This document shows positions 38,585 through 52,184 of a DNA stretch of 64,000 nucleotides, one piece after another. The notes beneath the pieces are model-generated. The model was not told the origin of the DNA and ran no database searches. It was given only the letters and a program-made list of their open reading frames with translations. The position numbers were made by a program, and so were the translations under genes. The stretch comes from the human T2T-CHM13v2.0 reference genome, Homo sapiens, in assembly GCF_009914755.1 (NCBI RefSeq), contig NC_060937.1; one strand, 5' to 3'. Numbering within the stretch: the first letter of the stretch is position 1; every line of letters begins with the position of its first letter.

Positions 38585-40450
38585 GAAGAAGCCCACCCAC
38601 CCAGGTCTGGCCCCAGAAGCCACTGCCACTGCCCTTTCCAGCCTGTACGTCTGGGTGTGGGTCTGAGATGTATTCAGGGAGGGGCCTTGCTGCTCGCTGT
38701 GGTCGGGTGGCTGTGCAAGCTCAGCCCCTATCTCCAGGCCCTTCTGAAGTGCTGCTCGGGGCCGGACAGGGGGTATTCACCCTCAGCCTCAGGATTTCTT
38801 TCTTCTCCCTGTTACTGATGTACGTACCCTGCCCTCTGTCCCGTAGAGACTCAGCTGGTGACCCAGGGGTGCTGCTGGGTTGGTGTGGTGTGCCACTCAG
38901 AGGTCCTCTGTTGGTTTGTGTCTAGGCTGGGAGGGGCCCTCTGTGCTTGGCAAGGCCTTGGGCTCCGAAACCCTTTACCTGCAGCTGGTGTGGGGGCTCA
39001 GACTCCAGGTGGACAGCAGGAGTGAGTGGGGAAGCTCAGGGGCCCTGGATGTCTGCCTGCATTCACTCATCCTGCCCTGGGTACCAGAGGAGGGACCCTC
39101 TTCCCTCTGTGTGTTTGTCTCCCCCTTCCTAATTGTGAAAACCCTTAGCGACCCACCCCAGCCTCACGGTGCTGGCCTCTGGCCCAGAGGGAGAGACCTG
39201 GTTGGAAGGACAGATGGTGTAGGCAGGCCAGCCGGCCGGCCTGTGGGTGGAGCAGATGGAGGGCAGGCCGGATGCCCCGAGGGTCTCAGCTACACTGCTG
39301 TCCCACAGCCCCACCACCACCTGAATCCCTGAGTCCTACCCACACTCCCTGATGGGGCAGGAAAGGGGAGCCCCAGACTGGGATGCCTGAGTGTATGCTA
39401 CCTGTGGTGCTGGTGGACGGGCGCCGTGGCCTGGCTGTTCAGGACGGAAAGAGCCGCCTGGGCTGCTGATGGAGAGTGACAGTGCCACTGGCTTTTGTGA
39501 ACTCAGAGGTCTGTTTCTTTCTTCACATTTATTGAAATTAGAGACTCGTTTGCAAATTTTAAAAGATGTTATCTTTGTAATGAATCAACTACATATTCTT
39601 GAAAACTGAGTGTTTACTCATCTGTATGTGAATCTGAAAAGTGTTTAATTGCGTACTTTAAATCATTCCCTGCATAGTAGAATATTATTTTTGCTTTTAA
39701 AATGCCTTTCCCTGGTAAGTATTACACCGTGTATATGTGCATCCAATCATCACTGGTACATTTCGAATATGTACAATCTTTACTTTTCAATTGAATATTC
39801 TGAAAATACCTTTCACATATATAAAACAATAAAAAAGTAAATATTTGCTTTTCTTAGGATGCACACCTTTATTTTTGGAAGAAAATTTCCCAAAGCAGAT
39901 CATCTTATTTTAGTTCCAGAAGAGAATTTTAAATATGTGCTGACATTGGTTGGTAAAAATACTAATATTTAACCCAGTTGAATCAAAAGGCAAATGTCTT
40001 TTTAATCACTTCCTAATGATCTGTCTTGGCCAACTTAGGTTATTAAGAGAAATTACTAAGTGTCCTTATGTAGCACAAAATTCATTGTTTAATATATTTT
40101 AAAGAAATGCATAAAAAGCAGTAGATGTTTTAAAAATGCATGGGTTGTAAAGGGCCCCAAAATGAAACTTCAGATCGCAAAGGCAATGTATTCGAAAGTC
40201 TCACCGATGATTCATGAGTCATTTTGGTGCTAACTGGTGGGAATGAAGGGAGATGCCTGTGGGGAGGTCCAGGGTCCTGCAGCTCTGCGGATGGGCGGCC
40301 GTCCGGGGAGGCCCAAGGTGTGGCGAGATCGGGGAGTTCTTCTTTCCTGATGTTGTTGTGACCCGAAAGTCTGTGTTTTCTTCACCTGAGAGTATCATGT
40401 ATTTTCAAATGGGGGGCTATCCGCTCAGCTCCCCCAGCCGTGGGGTGGGG

Positions 40451-41433
40451 TGTGGGTGGCAAGCCACCCAGGTGCCGAGGCAAGAGACCGAGGACACGAG
40501 CTGTTCCAGTATAATAAAATATAAAACAAGAATGGTTATTCCAGATATAGATCTTAGATATGATTATATATGAATATCATTAATCATTAGTTTGTAGCAA
40601 TTACTCTTTATTCCAATATTACAATAATCCTCACTCTACAATCATAACCCAGGAAAAACCAGGCCATACAGAGATAGGAGCTGAGGGGACATAGTGAGGA
40701 GTGACCAGAAGACGAGTGCGAGCCTTCTGTTATGCCCGGACAGGGCCACCAGAGGGCTCCTTGGTCTAGCGGTAACGCCAGCGTCTGGGAAGATGTCCGT
40801 TGCCAGGTGGACTGTGGTCTAGCGGTAGCCTCAGTGTCACGGAAAAACAGCGGCTACTTAGCAGACCGGGAAAGGGAGTTTAGAGAAGACTCTGTTCCTC
40901 CACCTCTTGTGGAGGGCCTGACATGAGTCAGGCTCGCCTGCAGTTATCTGGAGGCCTAACCGTCTCCCTGTGATGCTGTGCTTCAGTGGTCACGCTCCTA
41001 GTCCACCTTCATGTTCCATCCTGTACACCTGGCTCTGCCTTCTAGATAGCAGTAGTAAATTAGTGAAAGTACTAAAAGTCTCTGATATGCAGAAATAATG
41101 GCGTAAGCTGTCTTTCTCTTTGCCTCCTCTCTCTCTCTGCCTCGGCTGCCAGGCAGGGAAGGGCCCCCTGTCCAGTGGACGCGTGACCCACATGGCCTTA
41201 CCTGTGATTGGAGATGGCTTACTCTCCTTATCTTTCCCTTTTGTCTTGTATCCAATAAATATCAGTGCAGCCTGGCATTCGGGGCCACTACCGGTCTCTG
41301 CGACTTGGTGGTAGTGGTCCCCCGGGCCCAGCTGCCTTTTCTTTTATCTCTTTGTCTTGTGTCTTTACTTCTACACTCTCTCGTCTCCGCACACGGGGAG
41401 AAACCCACCGACCCTGTGGGGCCGGTCCCTACA
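40451..41433 (+). mobile_element. Solo LTR13 (ERVK / HML-4-associated LTR)
   Basis: TG...CA termini, perfect 6-bp TSD GTGGGG (40445-40450 / 41434-41439). Start TGTGGGTGGCAAGCCACCCAGGTGCCGAGGCAAGAGACC recognised as LTR13; AATAAA at 41254. Confidence 0.88.
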
Positions 41434-42263
41434 GTGGGGCACTGCGAGCCCCTTGCTGCCTCTGTGTGGCCGCCCACCCTTCCAGTGTTGCCCTGACGCC
41501 CCTCCCGGGCTGTGCTGACCACCCAGGCCTCCCAACTTGTTTCCCAGGGTGCTCGCTACCACCTGGTTTACGGTTTCTTTGTTTAGTTCTCTCTGCCCGC
41601 TGATGCCAGTTTTTGAACTTTATCATTACTACTTCTGTTTATGTGTAAATGTTCCAGGACTTTTATCCACCGCCCTGTCCCTAGGACCTTTTGCATACCG
41701 CTGTTGGAAGACAGAGGCTTCACATCTCCTGCAGAGGGGTCTCCCGCTTGCTTCACCAGTGTTCTGAGGGCACCTGCATGTTTAGAGCCGCAGCCTCTGT
41801 GGAAGGCACACTCCTTCCTAGGAACAAATGTGGTTCTCCTTCCTAAGGAAAAGTGGATTATCAGATTTCCAAACTAGTTTTGCAGCCTTATAGAGAAATG
41901 TTGCGATAAAAATTCTAGTTTTAAAATTCTGTTCCATAATTGTCATAGAATCACAGACTTTTCCAGGCCGTGGTCCCCACCAGCACGTTCCATAGCAGAC
42001 ATCGCCGAGGGGCTGGAGCAGTGGATGATCTGCCTGGGTCACCTGGGTGGCGTCAGCGCGGCCCTGCGGCCCTCCCCTTACGGGTTTACATTGGGAATCA
42101 AGCTTCATGGAGGTGTTGCTCTTGAGCCCTGGATTTGAGACAGTACACGTGGGGAAAGCTAAGCATCTCTAATTGCAAGCACCGTCTTGCATTTAGAATG
42201 GTCGCTTGTAGCCTTAACTTAGAAAAGGAGTCTCGCCCTTGACCTGGTGTCCTTGTGTTGCAG

Positions 42264-42370
42264 GCGTGGTGTCCCTCGTGGCCGTTCACCCCTCCACCGT
42301 CAACCCGCTCGGGAAGCAGCTCTTGCCAAAAACCTTTGGACAGTCCAATGTCAACATTGCCCAGCAAGTG
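42264..42370 (+). CDS. TFDP1: TFDP1 exon 4 ([11 protein letters not shown]...NIAQQV)
   Basis: ttgcag|GC ... GTG|gtaagc; 107 nt; phase matches exon 3. Confidence 0.96.
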
Positions 42371-43376
42371 GTAAGCCTCCCGCAGGAGCGGACAGCCGGG
42401 ATCTCGGTGTGAGGTCGGGATCGGATGAGCCGTGTGGTTGGGGATGTTCCCAGGTGTGCCTGGATTTGGGCTCCAGTTGCAGCATGGGGCCTTTCCCTCA
42501 TCAGGGAGCCCGTGGCCAGTGCTAGATTTTCCATAGCCCTCTGCAGCTGCCCACGTGTTGTTGTGGGAGAGGTGATGGCGCCCACAGCACTCCTGTGTGC
42601 CCCAGCCCATGCCATCCTTCCAGTAACTGGAGGGTGGTGGGTGGGGCCGCGGCCCCAACCAGAGGCAGCTTCCTTTTAGTGTCAGAGCTCGAAGCTCTTC
42701 ATCTAACAGGGGCTTCTTACGTGATGTGGCCGAGCGTTGGCTGTGGCCCTCCTGGAGACATCAGGCTGGGAAGCCAGAGAGGGATAGGGCCCTGGCCGTG
42801 GCTGTGCGTTTGCCCCGGGGCAGTGACAGGGCAGATGCTGCTCCCTTGGCCACGCACAGGAGAGGGGAAGGTGGGCATTGGGAAGTGGCGCATCCCCCCT
42901 CCCCAGGCTGATGCTGGCCAACTGATGCTGCTTCTCATAATGCTGTTTCCTGTCTCGTGTCCGCCCTCTGCGTCCTTGCCGGTGGCAGCCTACTGGAGAC
43001 AGGGAGCCCACACAGAATCCTGACCTCACCAGAAATGGGGCCCCAGGCACTTGGTGGGCAGGTTTGGCTGTGACTGGAGCTGGTGGTGAGGGACATAGCC
43101 ATCCCAAGGCTAGGCCGGGCTTCCAGTCCTTCCTCAGGGACTTGTTTATGGTGCCTGAGGGCTCCTTCCTGGTCCTGAGATGATGCTGTGGCCCCGCCTG
43201 GGCAGCTGCCCCAGCCCTGTTCCTGCCAACCCTGGGCTTTGGTGATGCAGCACCTCTTGCACCCCGGCCTCCTGGCCCACTCCACCCCCTCACCCTGCTC
43301 CGTCTGTGCTGTGGCCCAGTCCTCTTAAAAGGATTGAACACCTCCGGGTGGGATGAGAACCTGTCCGTTCACTGTC

Positions 43377-45265
43377 ACCAGGTGTCTCTCAGGCATACCC
43401 AGGTGTCCTCACGTGTCTCTCGGGTGTCCTCAGGTGTCTCCCAGGCATCCTCACGTGTCCCCAGGTGTCCCCAAGTATCTCTCAGGCATCCCCAGGTGTC
43501 CTCACGTGTCTCTCAGGTGTCCTCAGGTATCTCTCACATGTCCCCACGTGTCTCTCAGGGTGTCTCTCAGGTGTCCTCAGGTGTCTCTCAGGGTGTCTCT
43601 CACGTGTCCTCAGGTGTCTCTCAGGGTATCTCTCACGTGTCCTCAGGTGTCTCTCAGGGTATCTCTCACATGTCCTCAGGTGTGTCTCAGGGTATCTCTC
43701 ACATGTCTTCAGGTGTCTCTCAGGGTGTCTCTCACATGTCCTCAGGTGTCTCTCAGGGTATCTCTCACATGTCCTCAGGTGTCTCTCAGGGTATCTCTCA
43801 CATGTCCTCACGTGTCTCTCAGGTGTCTCTCAGGATATCTCTCACATGTCCTCAGGTGTCTCTCAGGGTATCTCTCACATGTCCTCAGGTGTTTCTCAGG
43901 TGTCTCTCACGTGTCCTCAGGTGTTTCTCAGGTGTCTCTCACGTGTCCTCAGGTGTTTCTCAGGTGTCTCTCACGTGTCCTCCGGTGTCTCTCACTTGTC
44001 CTCAGGTGTTTCTCAGGTGTCTCTCACATGTCCCCAGGTGTCTCTCAGGGTATCTCTCACATGTCCTCAGGTGTCTCTCACGTGTCCTCAGGTGTCTCTC
44101 ACGTGTCCTCAGGTGTTTCTCAGGTGTCTCTCACGTGTCCTCAGGTGTCTCTCACGTGTCCTCAGGTGTCTCTCACGTGTCCTCAGGTGTCTCTCACGTG
44201 TCCTCAGGTGTCTCTCAGGTGTCTCTCACGTGTCCTCAGGTGTCTCTCAGGTGTCTCTCACGTGTCCTCAGGTGTCTCTCACTTGTCCTCAGCTGTTTCT
44301 CAGGTGTCTCTCACATGTCCCCAGGTGTCTCTCAGGGTATCTCTCACATGTCCTCAGGTGTCTCTCACGTGTCCTCAGGTGTCTCTCACGTGTCCTCACG
44401 TGTTTCTCAGGCGTCTCTCACGTGTCCTCAGGCGTCTCTCACGTGTCCTCAGGCGTCTCTCACGTGTCCTCAGGCGTCTCACGTGTCCTCAGGTGTCTCT
44501 CACGTGTCCTCAGGTGTCTCTCACATGTCCTCAGGTGTCTCTCACGTGTCCTCAGGTGTTTCTCAGGTGTCTCTCACGTGTTCTCAGGTGTCTCTCACGT
44601 GTCCTCAGGTGTTTCTCAGGTGTCTCTCACGTGTCCTCAGGTGTCTCTCACGTGTCCTCAGGTGTTTCTCAGGTGTCTCTCACGTGTCTTCAGGCGTCTC
44701 TCACGTGTCCTCAGGCGTCTCTCACGTGTCCTCAGGCGTCTCTCACGTGTCCTCAGGCGTCTCTCACGTGTCCTCAGGTGTCTCTCAGGCGTCTCTCACA
44801 TGTCTTCAGGCGTCTCTCACGTGTCCTCAGGCGTCTCTCACGTGTCCTCAGGCGTCTCTCACGTGTCCTCAGGTGTCTCACGCGTCCTCAGGTGTCTCAC
44901 GCGTCCTCAGGTGTCTCTCACGCGTCCTCAGGTGTCTCTCACGCGTCCTCAGGTGTCTCTCACATGTCCTCAGGTGTCTCTCACGTGTCCTCAGGTGTTT
45001 CTCAGGCGTCTCTCACGTGTCCTCAGGCGTCTCTCACGTGTCCTCAGGTGTCTCTCACGTGTCCTCAGGTGTCTCTCACGTGTCCTCAGGTGTCTCTCAC
45101 GCGTCCTCAGGTGTCTCTCACATGTCCTCAGGTGTCTCTCACGTGTCCTCAGGTGTTTCTCAGGTGTCTCTCACGTGTCCTCAGGTGTCTCTCACGTGTC
45201 CTCAGGTGTCTCTCAGGTGTCCCCAGGTGTCTCTCATGGATCCCCAGGCATCCTCAGGTGTCCCT
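43377..45265. repeat. Intron 4 minisatellite, 21-bp unit built from 10/11-bp subunits, ~1.9 kb
   Basis: CAGGTGTCTCT + CACGTGTCCT with variants. Confidence 0.97.
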
Positions 45266-46689
45266 GGCCCTGTGGAGAGCTCTCTGTACTGAGCTGTTTT
45301 TTGTTGTCTAGGGCATCTCCCTTTGGTCTAATCATGTTTTCTTCAGAGAACATGACCACATACCAGGGATATTTTGGTCATTTTTGCACTTTAGTCTTTA
45401 TTTTATATGCATTCCTGCTATTTCCGTTTATTTAAATATGCTTGAAATTCTCTGGATTCTTTAACAGATGTTAGGATATGAGTTTTAAGAGAGAGTGGCT
45501 TGTGGGTCACAGCCTTGAGGATCTGAGCAGGATTGCCTTCCCCGCGCTCCCTTCCCCGCGTCCCACTTCCCTGCGCCCCGCTTCCCCGCAGCCCCCCTCC
45601 CCGTGTGTGCTCCCACACAGCTGTCCTGATTGAGCGGTTCCAGATCCCAGGCAGCTTTTGTGGCCCCGTTTCCTGCCTGTGGAAGGTGACAAAAAACTTG
45701 CTCTGCAGAAGTTTTGTGGCCATTGAAAGTAGCGGTTTGTGGAAGCCCTACCACGTCATACGGCTTTTCAACCACGTTGCACAGCAGATCACGGCTTTTC
45801 AGTAAATGCCATTTTGATAAAAGCTAAAAATTCAGTTTTTGTTTTGCTTGATAATTAGATTATAGGTTTGCTTATAAGTTGACTAGGAATTCTAAGTTTG
45901 ATTTTATAGGTGCTGTGTGTCATAGCAGAGTTTGTCTGGGTGAATAATTGTAGCACCACTTTCGTCTTTACTGCCGGTGTGAATACACTGGGGGGAAACG
46001 AATGAGAAGATTATCTTATTGATGTGCTTTAAACTTCGTCACTGAAAGTCAAGTTCCTGATTTAAATTCAGCTGTTCGGGTGGAGTTTGTCATTGCTGTT
46101 TTGTGCTTTGCAAAATCCCAGTGATGGGAATTAAAGCTGACAAAGGGCAAATGTTTCTTAAACCTTTTTATATACCAGAGGTTTACAAAAAACTGGACTG
46201 GCTCATTCTGACACGAGGGGTGGGGCTCAGTCCGGGCATGTGAGTGAAAGCGGTGGGGAGGTCCTTAGGTCTCTGACCTGCACCAGTCAGCAGGCGCAGG
46301 GCTTGTCAAGGTCAGGGTCTTTTGAGGTGCGGATGCTTGTGAAGCCTGTGGTGCTGCAGAGCTCAGCACGCGCACAGGAACGTGTGCGGGACAGAGGACA
46401 TATGTGCTCAGCCGGCAGGAGCAGCGGCCTGTGTGAGCCCCTGGGGAGAAGCAGCCCCCCACCCAGGCCTGTGTCCCAGAAGTCGGCATCTGTGGTCGCA
46501 GTGGCCTTTCCTTTGCAGCTGCGCCACTGGCCCTGTCTCTCTGGACACCGCGGTTAACCTTGGTCCATCTCTAGGATTCTGTGTCTGAGTGGGGTCACAC
46601 TACACGGAGACATCGTAATCTCAGTTTTTAGAGTGTGTGAAATTAAGGTGCAAAAAGTGTGCACTTAGGGCAGAAGGGATGCCTTAAAT

Positions 46690-46960
46690 CAGGAGTCCCC
46701 AACCCCTGGGCCTGTTAGGAAGCTGGCCGCACAGCCGCCTGAGCCCTGCCTCCTGTCAGATCCCAGCATTAGGTTCTCAGGAGCGCAAACCCCACTGTGA
46801 ACGGCACATGCAGGATCTAGGTGGCACTCCGTATGAGAATCGAATGCCTGATGATCTGAGGTGGGACAGTTTCTTCCCGAAACTACCCCCGACTCCGGTC
46901 TGTGGAAAAACTGTCTTCCACAAAACTGGTCCCTGATACCAAAAAGGTGGGGGATCGCTG
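46690..46960 (+). mobile_element. MER1B-like hAT-Charlie element
   Basis: TIR-like ends CAGGAGTCCCCAACC / GGTGGGGGATCGCTG; degenerate 8-bp TSD CCTTAAAT / CTTTAAAC; internal ATGCCTGATGATCTGAGGTGG. Confidence 0.82.
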
Positions 46961-47130
46961 CTTTAAACACCAAGGCTCACTGTGCAGCCAGTGAGGAGGG
47001 GAGCTCCTGGGGGAGGAGGGTTGGTCTCGGGCAAGGTGGACCTCCGGCAGGTCCTCTACTGTGGGATGCTTCCACCTGGAGCTGTTTTCTAACGACTGCT
47101 GGCGTGGAAGCTGCAAAAGCTTTAGAGTCG

Positions 47131-47397
47131 AAAGACTGTGTCTGAAGCCGTGTAAAGACTGTCTGGAGCCGTGTAAAGACTGTGTCTGAAGCTGTGTAAA
47201 GACTATGTCTGGAGCCGTGTAAAGACTGTGTCTGAAGCCGTGTAAAGACTGTGTCTGAAGCCGTGTAAAGACTGTCTGGAGCCGTGTAAAGACTGTCTGG
47301 AGCCGTGTAGAGACTGTGTCTGAAGCCGTGTAAAGACTGTGTCTGGAGCCGTGTAAAGACTGTGTCTGGAGCCATGTAGACTGTGTCTGAAGCCATG
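47131..47397. repeat. Minisatellite, 21-23-bp unit, ~12 copies
   Basis: AAAGACTGTGTCTGRAGCCGTGT. Confidence 0.95.
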
Positions 47398-49215
47398 TCA
47401 TTTACTTTCTCTGAAGCGCAGCTTGGATTCCAGCCGTGAGCACAGTAGGAAGGGAGACCCCTTATGACCTGTGGGGCCTGGGTCACCTCCCCTGCTCCCC
47501 AGCGAGAGGCGGGTGAGGGAGTCGTGAGGGCGGAGCCCATCCTCCAGAGAAGCCGCTGTTAAATCTAAGGGGTGGGTGTCCCTGGCGCCTTTCAGCCCCT
47601 GCCTGCCTCCTGCTCCCAGAGGCTCCTGGATCTCCTGGAAAGCCCTGGTTGGAGTGGGACCCACAGCCTCCCAGCTTTGGGCAGTACCCCTCATTGTGCT
47701 GTGACCACTTCTCCCTTCCAGGGTCTCTGCCCACCACTCCAGCTAGCGTGGCCACTGCTTCCAATACCTCCTTTTTTTCCCTAGGGGCCCAGCTCTGAAC
47801 TATCCTTCCCGGCACTGTCCCATCCACCCTTTGGCACCTCCTTGGTTCCTGTTTTCCCTGCGCTTCTGCCCACACACGCCCTCCAGGGCTTCAGTGTGTT
47901 GCCGTGCCTCCTCTGGCTGTTGAGTGTGGCTCCTGGTGTAGGGAAGTGAGGCCGGGGGCCTGCTCCATGTCTGTTGAATGGGAGACTGGAAGGCGTCCTG
48001 TGGCACAGGCGGCCGGCCCGAGTTCACCGGCTTCCTGTGCACCAGGAAGGAAACGCACACACCTGTGCCAGGTCCGGGAGCAAAGCCTCTGTCTCGTTCC
48101 TGGGAGGGCTGGCTCCAGGCCGCCCCTGTGATGCTGACTCAGCTCACAGGGCTGGTGAGCAGCAGGTGATGGGTGAGGAGCAGGGACAGTGCTGCGGAGA
48201 CACAGTGAGGGGAGCTGCCACGCAGGGCACGCAGAGGAAGGTGCAGGCACCCTTGCCCAGCACTGCATGGGCCGGATGCCGCGGGGCCTTCCGCAGGGAG
48301 CAGTTAAAGCAGGAGAGTAAGGAGAGCTTCCTGTAAGACCTGGCCTCCGTAAACAACGCATTCCCAGTGCACTGGTGGCTCGTTCTCAGGGTGCCCCTGG
48401 GTGCTGAGTCCTGTCTTCCAGGAAAGGTTGTTGGTGAGCACCATTGAGCACCTGGTGTGTACCTGCCTCTGGCTTTCTCTTCTTCCCAACTTACAGTGGG
48501 TTTGACCTGTGATTTTGACTTTAAGATGGTCCAAAAGCAACATGCATTCAGTGGAAACTGCTTCCACTGCCCATACGACCGTCCTATTTTTCATTTTGAG
48601 TGTGGTATTCAGTGGGTCTCCTGGGATACCCACACTTGACTAGAGTGGGCTTTGTGTGAGATGCTTCTGCCCGACTGGGCTAACATGCGTGATCTGAGCA
48701 CGTGTAAGGTAGGCTGGCTAAGCTGTGATGTGTGGTAGGAGAGGTGGATGACGTGCATTTCGACTTAGGGTATTTTCAGCTCATGCGGGTTTATCGGGAT
48801 GTTCCTTGTAAGTTCCTCGTTGTAAGTCAGTTCCTCGTTGTAAGTCCACTCTTTGTGAGTAGGTTTGCTCCTGCCTGGAGGACAGCGGCACGGTGACGGC
48901 ATCTGTTTTGGGGCCAAGATCCAGTGCCTTGCGTGGTCCTGGGATTCCTGGGGAAGGGAGTGGACCCATGAGGTGGGTTAGAATCGTGTGTGGGATTCTC
49001 CAGCCCCCTGTACCTGTGCGTGTGGTATGCGCGGAGCCAGCCAGCACTGCCTGGCGTGGAGCTGGCGGGTTCTCAGTCTGACATCAACTCCCGGAGAATG
49101 GCATCTGCTGAACTCAACGTAGGAAGCCGTGCGGGGCCAGCGCGCTCTCAGGCAGCCTGAGTGGCAGGGTCCTTTTGTCAGCTGTTTGGATCTCCCACGT
49201 GGCCCAGTGCCCCAG

Positions 49216-49218
<3 letters not shown>

Positions 49219-49247
<29 letters not shown>
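49219..49247. repeat. (CA)n microsatellite, ~14 units
   Basis: Direct read. Confidence 0.95.
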
Positions 49248-49249
<2 letters not shown>

Positions 49250-50687
49250 GTATTGAACAAAACAAGTTTCACAGGACATTTATCCACGCCCAGGAGATTT
49301 ATCTTTTGTATGGCTTCATTTTGCAGAAAATTCACTTGTTTGATTTCATGGCCTGGTGATCCACAGAAGGCCGCACTCTGATGAGTCTCTGATCATCGGA
49401 GAGATGAGTGTCAATGAAAAGATCAGTCCTTGAAATGTTTTTCTTCTCCGGAGCTGACAGGTGATCTGGCCTAGGGATAATTGGAAAGTGTCCCCGTCAG
49501 CTGCTCCCAGGGCCACCGCAGGTGATGCATTTATCCCCGTAAGAAGGGGAGCTGGGGGGGCCCAGCTTAGAGTAGCTCAGGGCATCGGCCACATGAAGCC
49601 CCCCCGCCAGCATACAGGTGTCCAGCTCCAATCCCTTTAACGGAAACTGCATGTCCATACAAGCAGTATAATCGCTGAGGCACTTTGATTTGTGGTGAAT
49701 TGAATGATTTAACATTTACTGAGAAATAGTGTTTCCAGTTTAGATAGAGTCGTGCCACAAGATCTTTGAAAAGTCAGAGTTGTATTTGCCTGTATGAGGG
49801 TGTCCAGGTATTCACACTCGAACATTCATTGTTGGAACTAAAGTGGTAAGACCTTGTCAAGAGTCAGACCAGCCAGCATGTCCCTGAAGGGAGAGACAGT
49901 TGTTGACACCCTCAGGTGTGCTGTGGGGTGGGGCGGGTGGGTCAGTGTCCACACTGGCGTTGCCTCTGGTGGTTCCCCCCAGAGGGGCCCAGGTGTGTGA
50001 GCCCCAGGGGCGTGTGGAGCCCCTACCTTCCGCCCCCAGTGCTGGTGGCCCTCCCTCCTTGCCTGACGCCGTTGTGGGTGCAGGGGTTCCCCCAGACAGG
50101 GCCCCAGGGCACAGGGTTACCAGGTGATGGCTGTCACCCTGCTGGGCTGGAGGAGCAGCTGCTGTCACCCTGCCTGTGCTTTTGTCTTTTGAGAGCTGTT
50201 TTTGGTTTGTTTCAGGCCTCTTTTTAGTACCACAGAAGGATACAATTTCATCCTCATCCATATCACTAAAAGGAAGTAAAAGGGTGAAGGGAAAAATGGA
50301 AGCGTGCTCAAGTGCCCTGTGTGGAATTCTGTGCCGCCCCCTTCATTAAACTTGACCGTTAGCGCCTTGTGTGCGGTTTGGGGGTCACGCTCTGCCCTGT
50401 CCTGTTCTTGCTTGCTTGGGTCGTCCGAAGTTTCTTGTTGCTTTTGTCTAATTGGAGAAGATGCCTGTGACTGACAAGAGGAAGATGAGCCACATTCAGA
50501 ACCGGTGGGGTGATGCCGTCACCGTGACAAAAGCGTCCACCGCTGGACGTTTTTCCTGCTCCGTCATGGCTGCTCACTGTGGTTAAGGAAATTCAGCAGT
50601 GGCTGCGGATAGCGAACAGATGGTGGGCATGGCACCCTCGCCGTGTGGGAGGGGACTGACTGTCTGAATTGTCTTTTTCGACTGTAG

Positions 50688-50809
50688 GTAATTGGTACGC
50701 CTCAGAGACCGGCAGCGTCAAACACCCTGGTGGTAGGAAGCCCACACACCCCCAGCACTCACTTTGCCTCTCAGAACCAGCCTTCCGACTCCTCACCTTG
50801 GTCTGCCGG
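50688..50809 (+). CDS. TFDP1: TFDP1 exon 5 (VIGTPQRP...SPWSAG)
   Basis: ctgtag|GTA ... GG|gtgagc; 122 nt. Confidence 0.96.
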
Positions 50810-51581
50810 GTGAGCACTTCCCTCTGGACCCTTAGAGTTGTAGGACTGCTTGCGGTTCGCACCTCCACGTTCTCCTGGGCCACGTGTGTCACACAGTCGT
50901 GCGATGGGGCTCCCACGCGCGTTGACGCCAGCCTCCGAATCACACTCACCCATCATCGTGGCCTGCACAGGTGTGCAGCCGAGGCGCACTGCCTCGGTCA
51001 TGGAGAAGTCGGGCTGGGCACCGCCCACCCCGCTTTGTGTCTGGTGTAGTGGGTGCTCTCTGAAGGGCTGGCAGCTCTTGGCCAAGACGGGGAGAAGCTG
51101 GCCTCGTACTCGCCACAGGACCTCGGAGACTTTCCCTCGTCTGTGCTGGGAGCATGTGGGATGGATTTCACCCACTGCCCCTGAATTCAGCCTCTACTGC
51201 CCCTGGGGTTACGGCCCCCGCGGGTGGTCCCGCCAGAGCTGCTCCTTCCACTAAAGCAAGATCTGATGAGCTGTGTCTTTCCTTAAAAACACACACACGC
51301 AAAGCTGCAAAAGCCTGCCTGTGTTGGTGCCCAAAGCTTCACCAGCTAGGAACCTCAGGTGGCCTTTCCCGCCATGTGGGGACTGACCAGAGTGTACAGA
51401 GTTGGGCTTTCCCTCGACCTGAAGCACACTTAGTGCTTTGCACCTGTTGTCAAGCGGCTGTCACAGCCCAAGCTGTATGAAATTACAGCCTGCTGAAATT
51501 AGTCCTAAGAATTCCCAAATTTACACTGAAACGTCCCATAGTTCCTGATTCTGGCTGCCCTCTTTAGAAAAGTGGTGCTTG

Positions 51582-51865
<284 letters not shown>

Positions 51866-52184
51866 GAAAAGTGGTGCTTGGTGTACCGGCACATCTCCCA
51901 TATGCTGATTTGGGTCCTGGGGACGCCTCCCGTTTTCCCTGACGCTTGGAAGGTTAGAGGTGCAGCCTGCTGGGGAGACACTCGCTTTCTGACCTGCAGG
52001 ACCACTGGGCCTGGGGGCTGGGGCTAGGGGGTCCTGGCCTGCTCACGTGTTGGATCTGCTGCGCCCGTGGGACGTGGCCCCTTTTTGTGCAGCTCATTAG
52101 AGCTCTCAGGTAAAAGCATTCCTCGATTCAGGCTGATCCTCAGGAGGGCTGACAGTCGCTTCTCTTTTCCTTTGTATTTTGAAG

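Noticed and set aside
43334-45435. Three ~650-aa ORFs as genuine genes
   Set aside because: They start at non-ATG codons, are open in all three frames because the repeat unit lacks stops, and lie inside TFDP1 intron 4.
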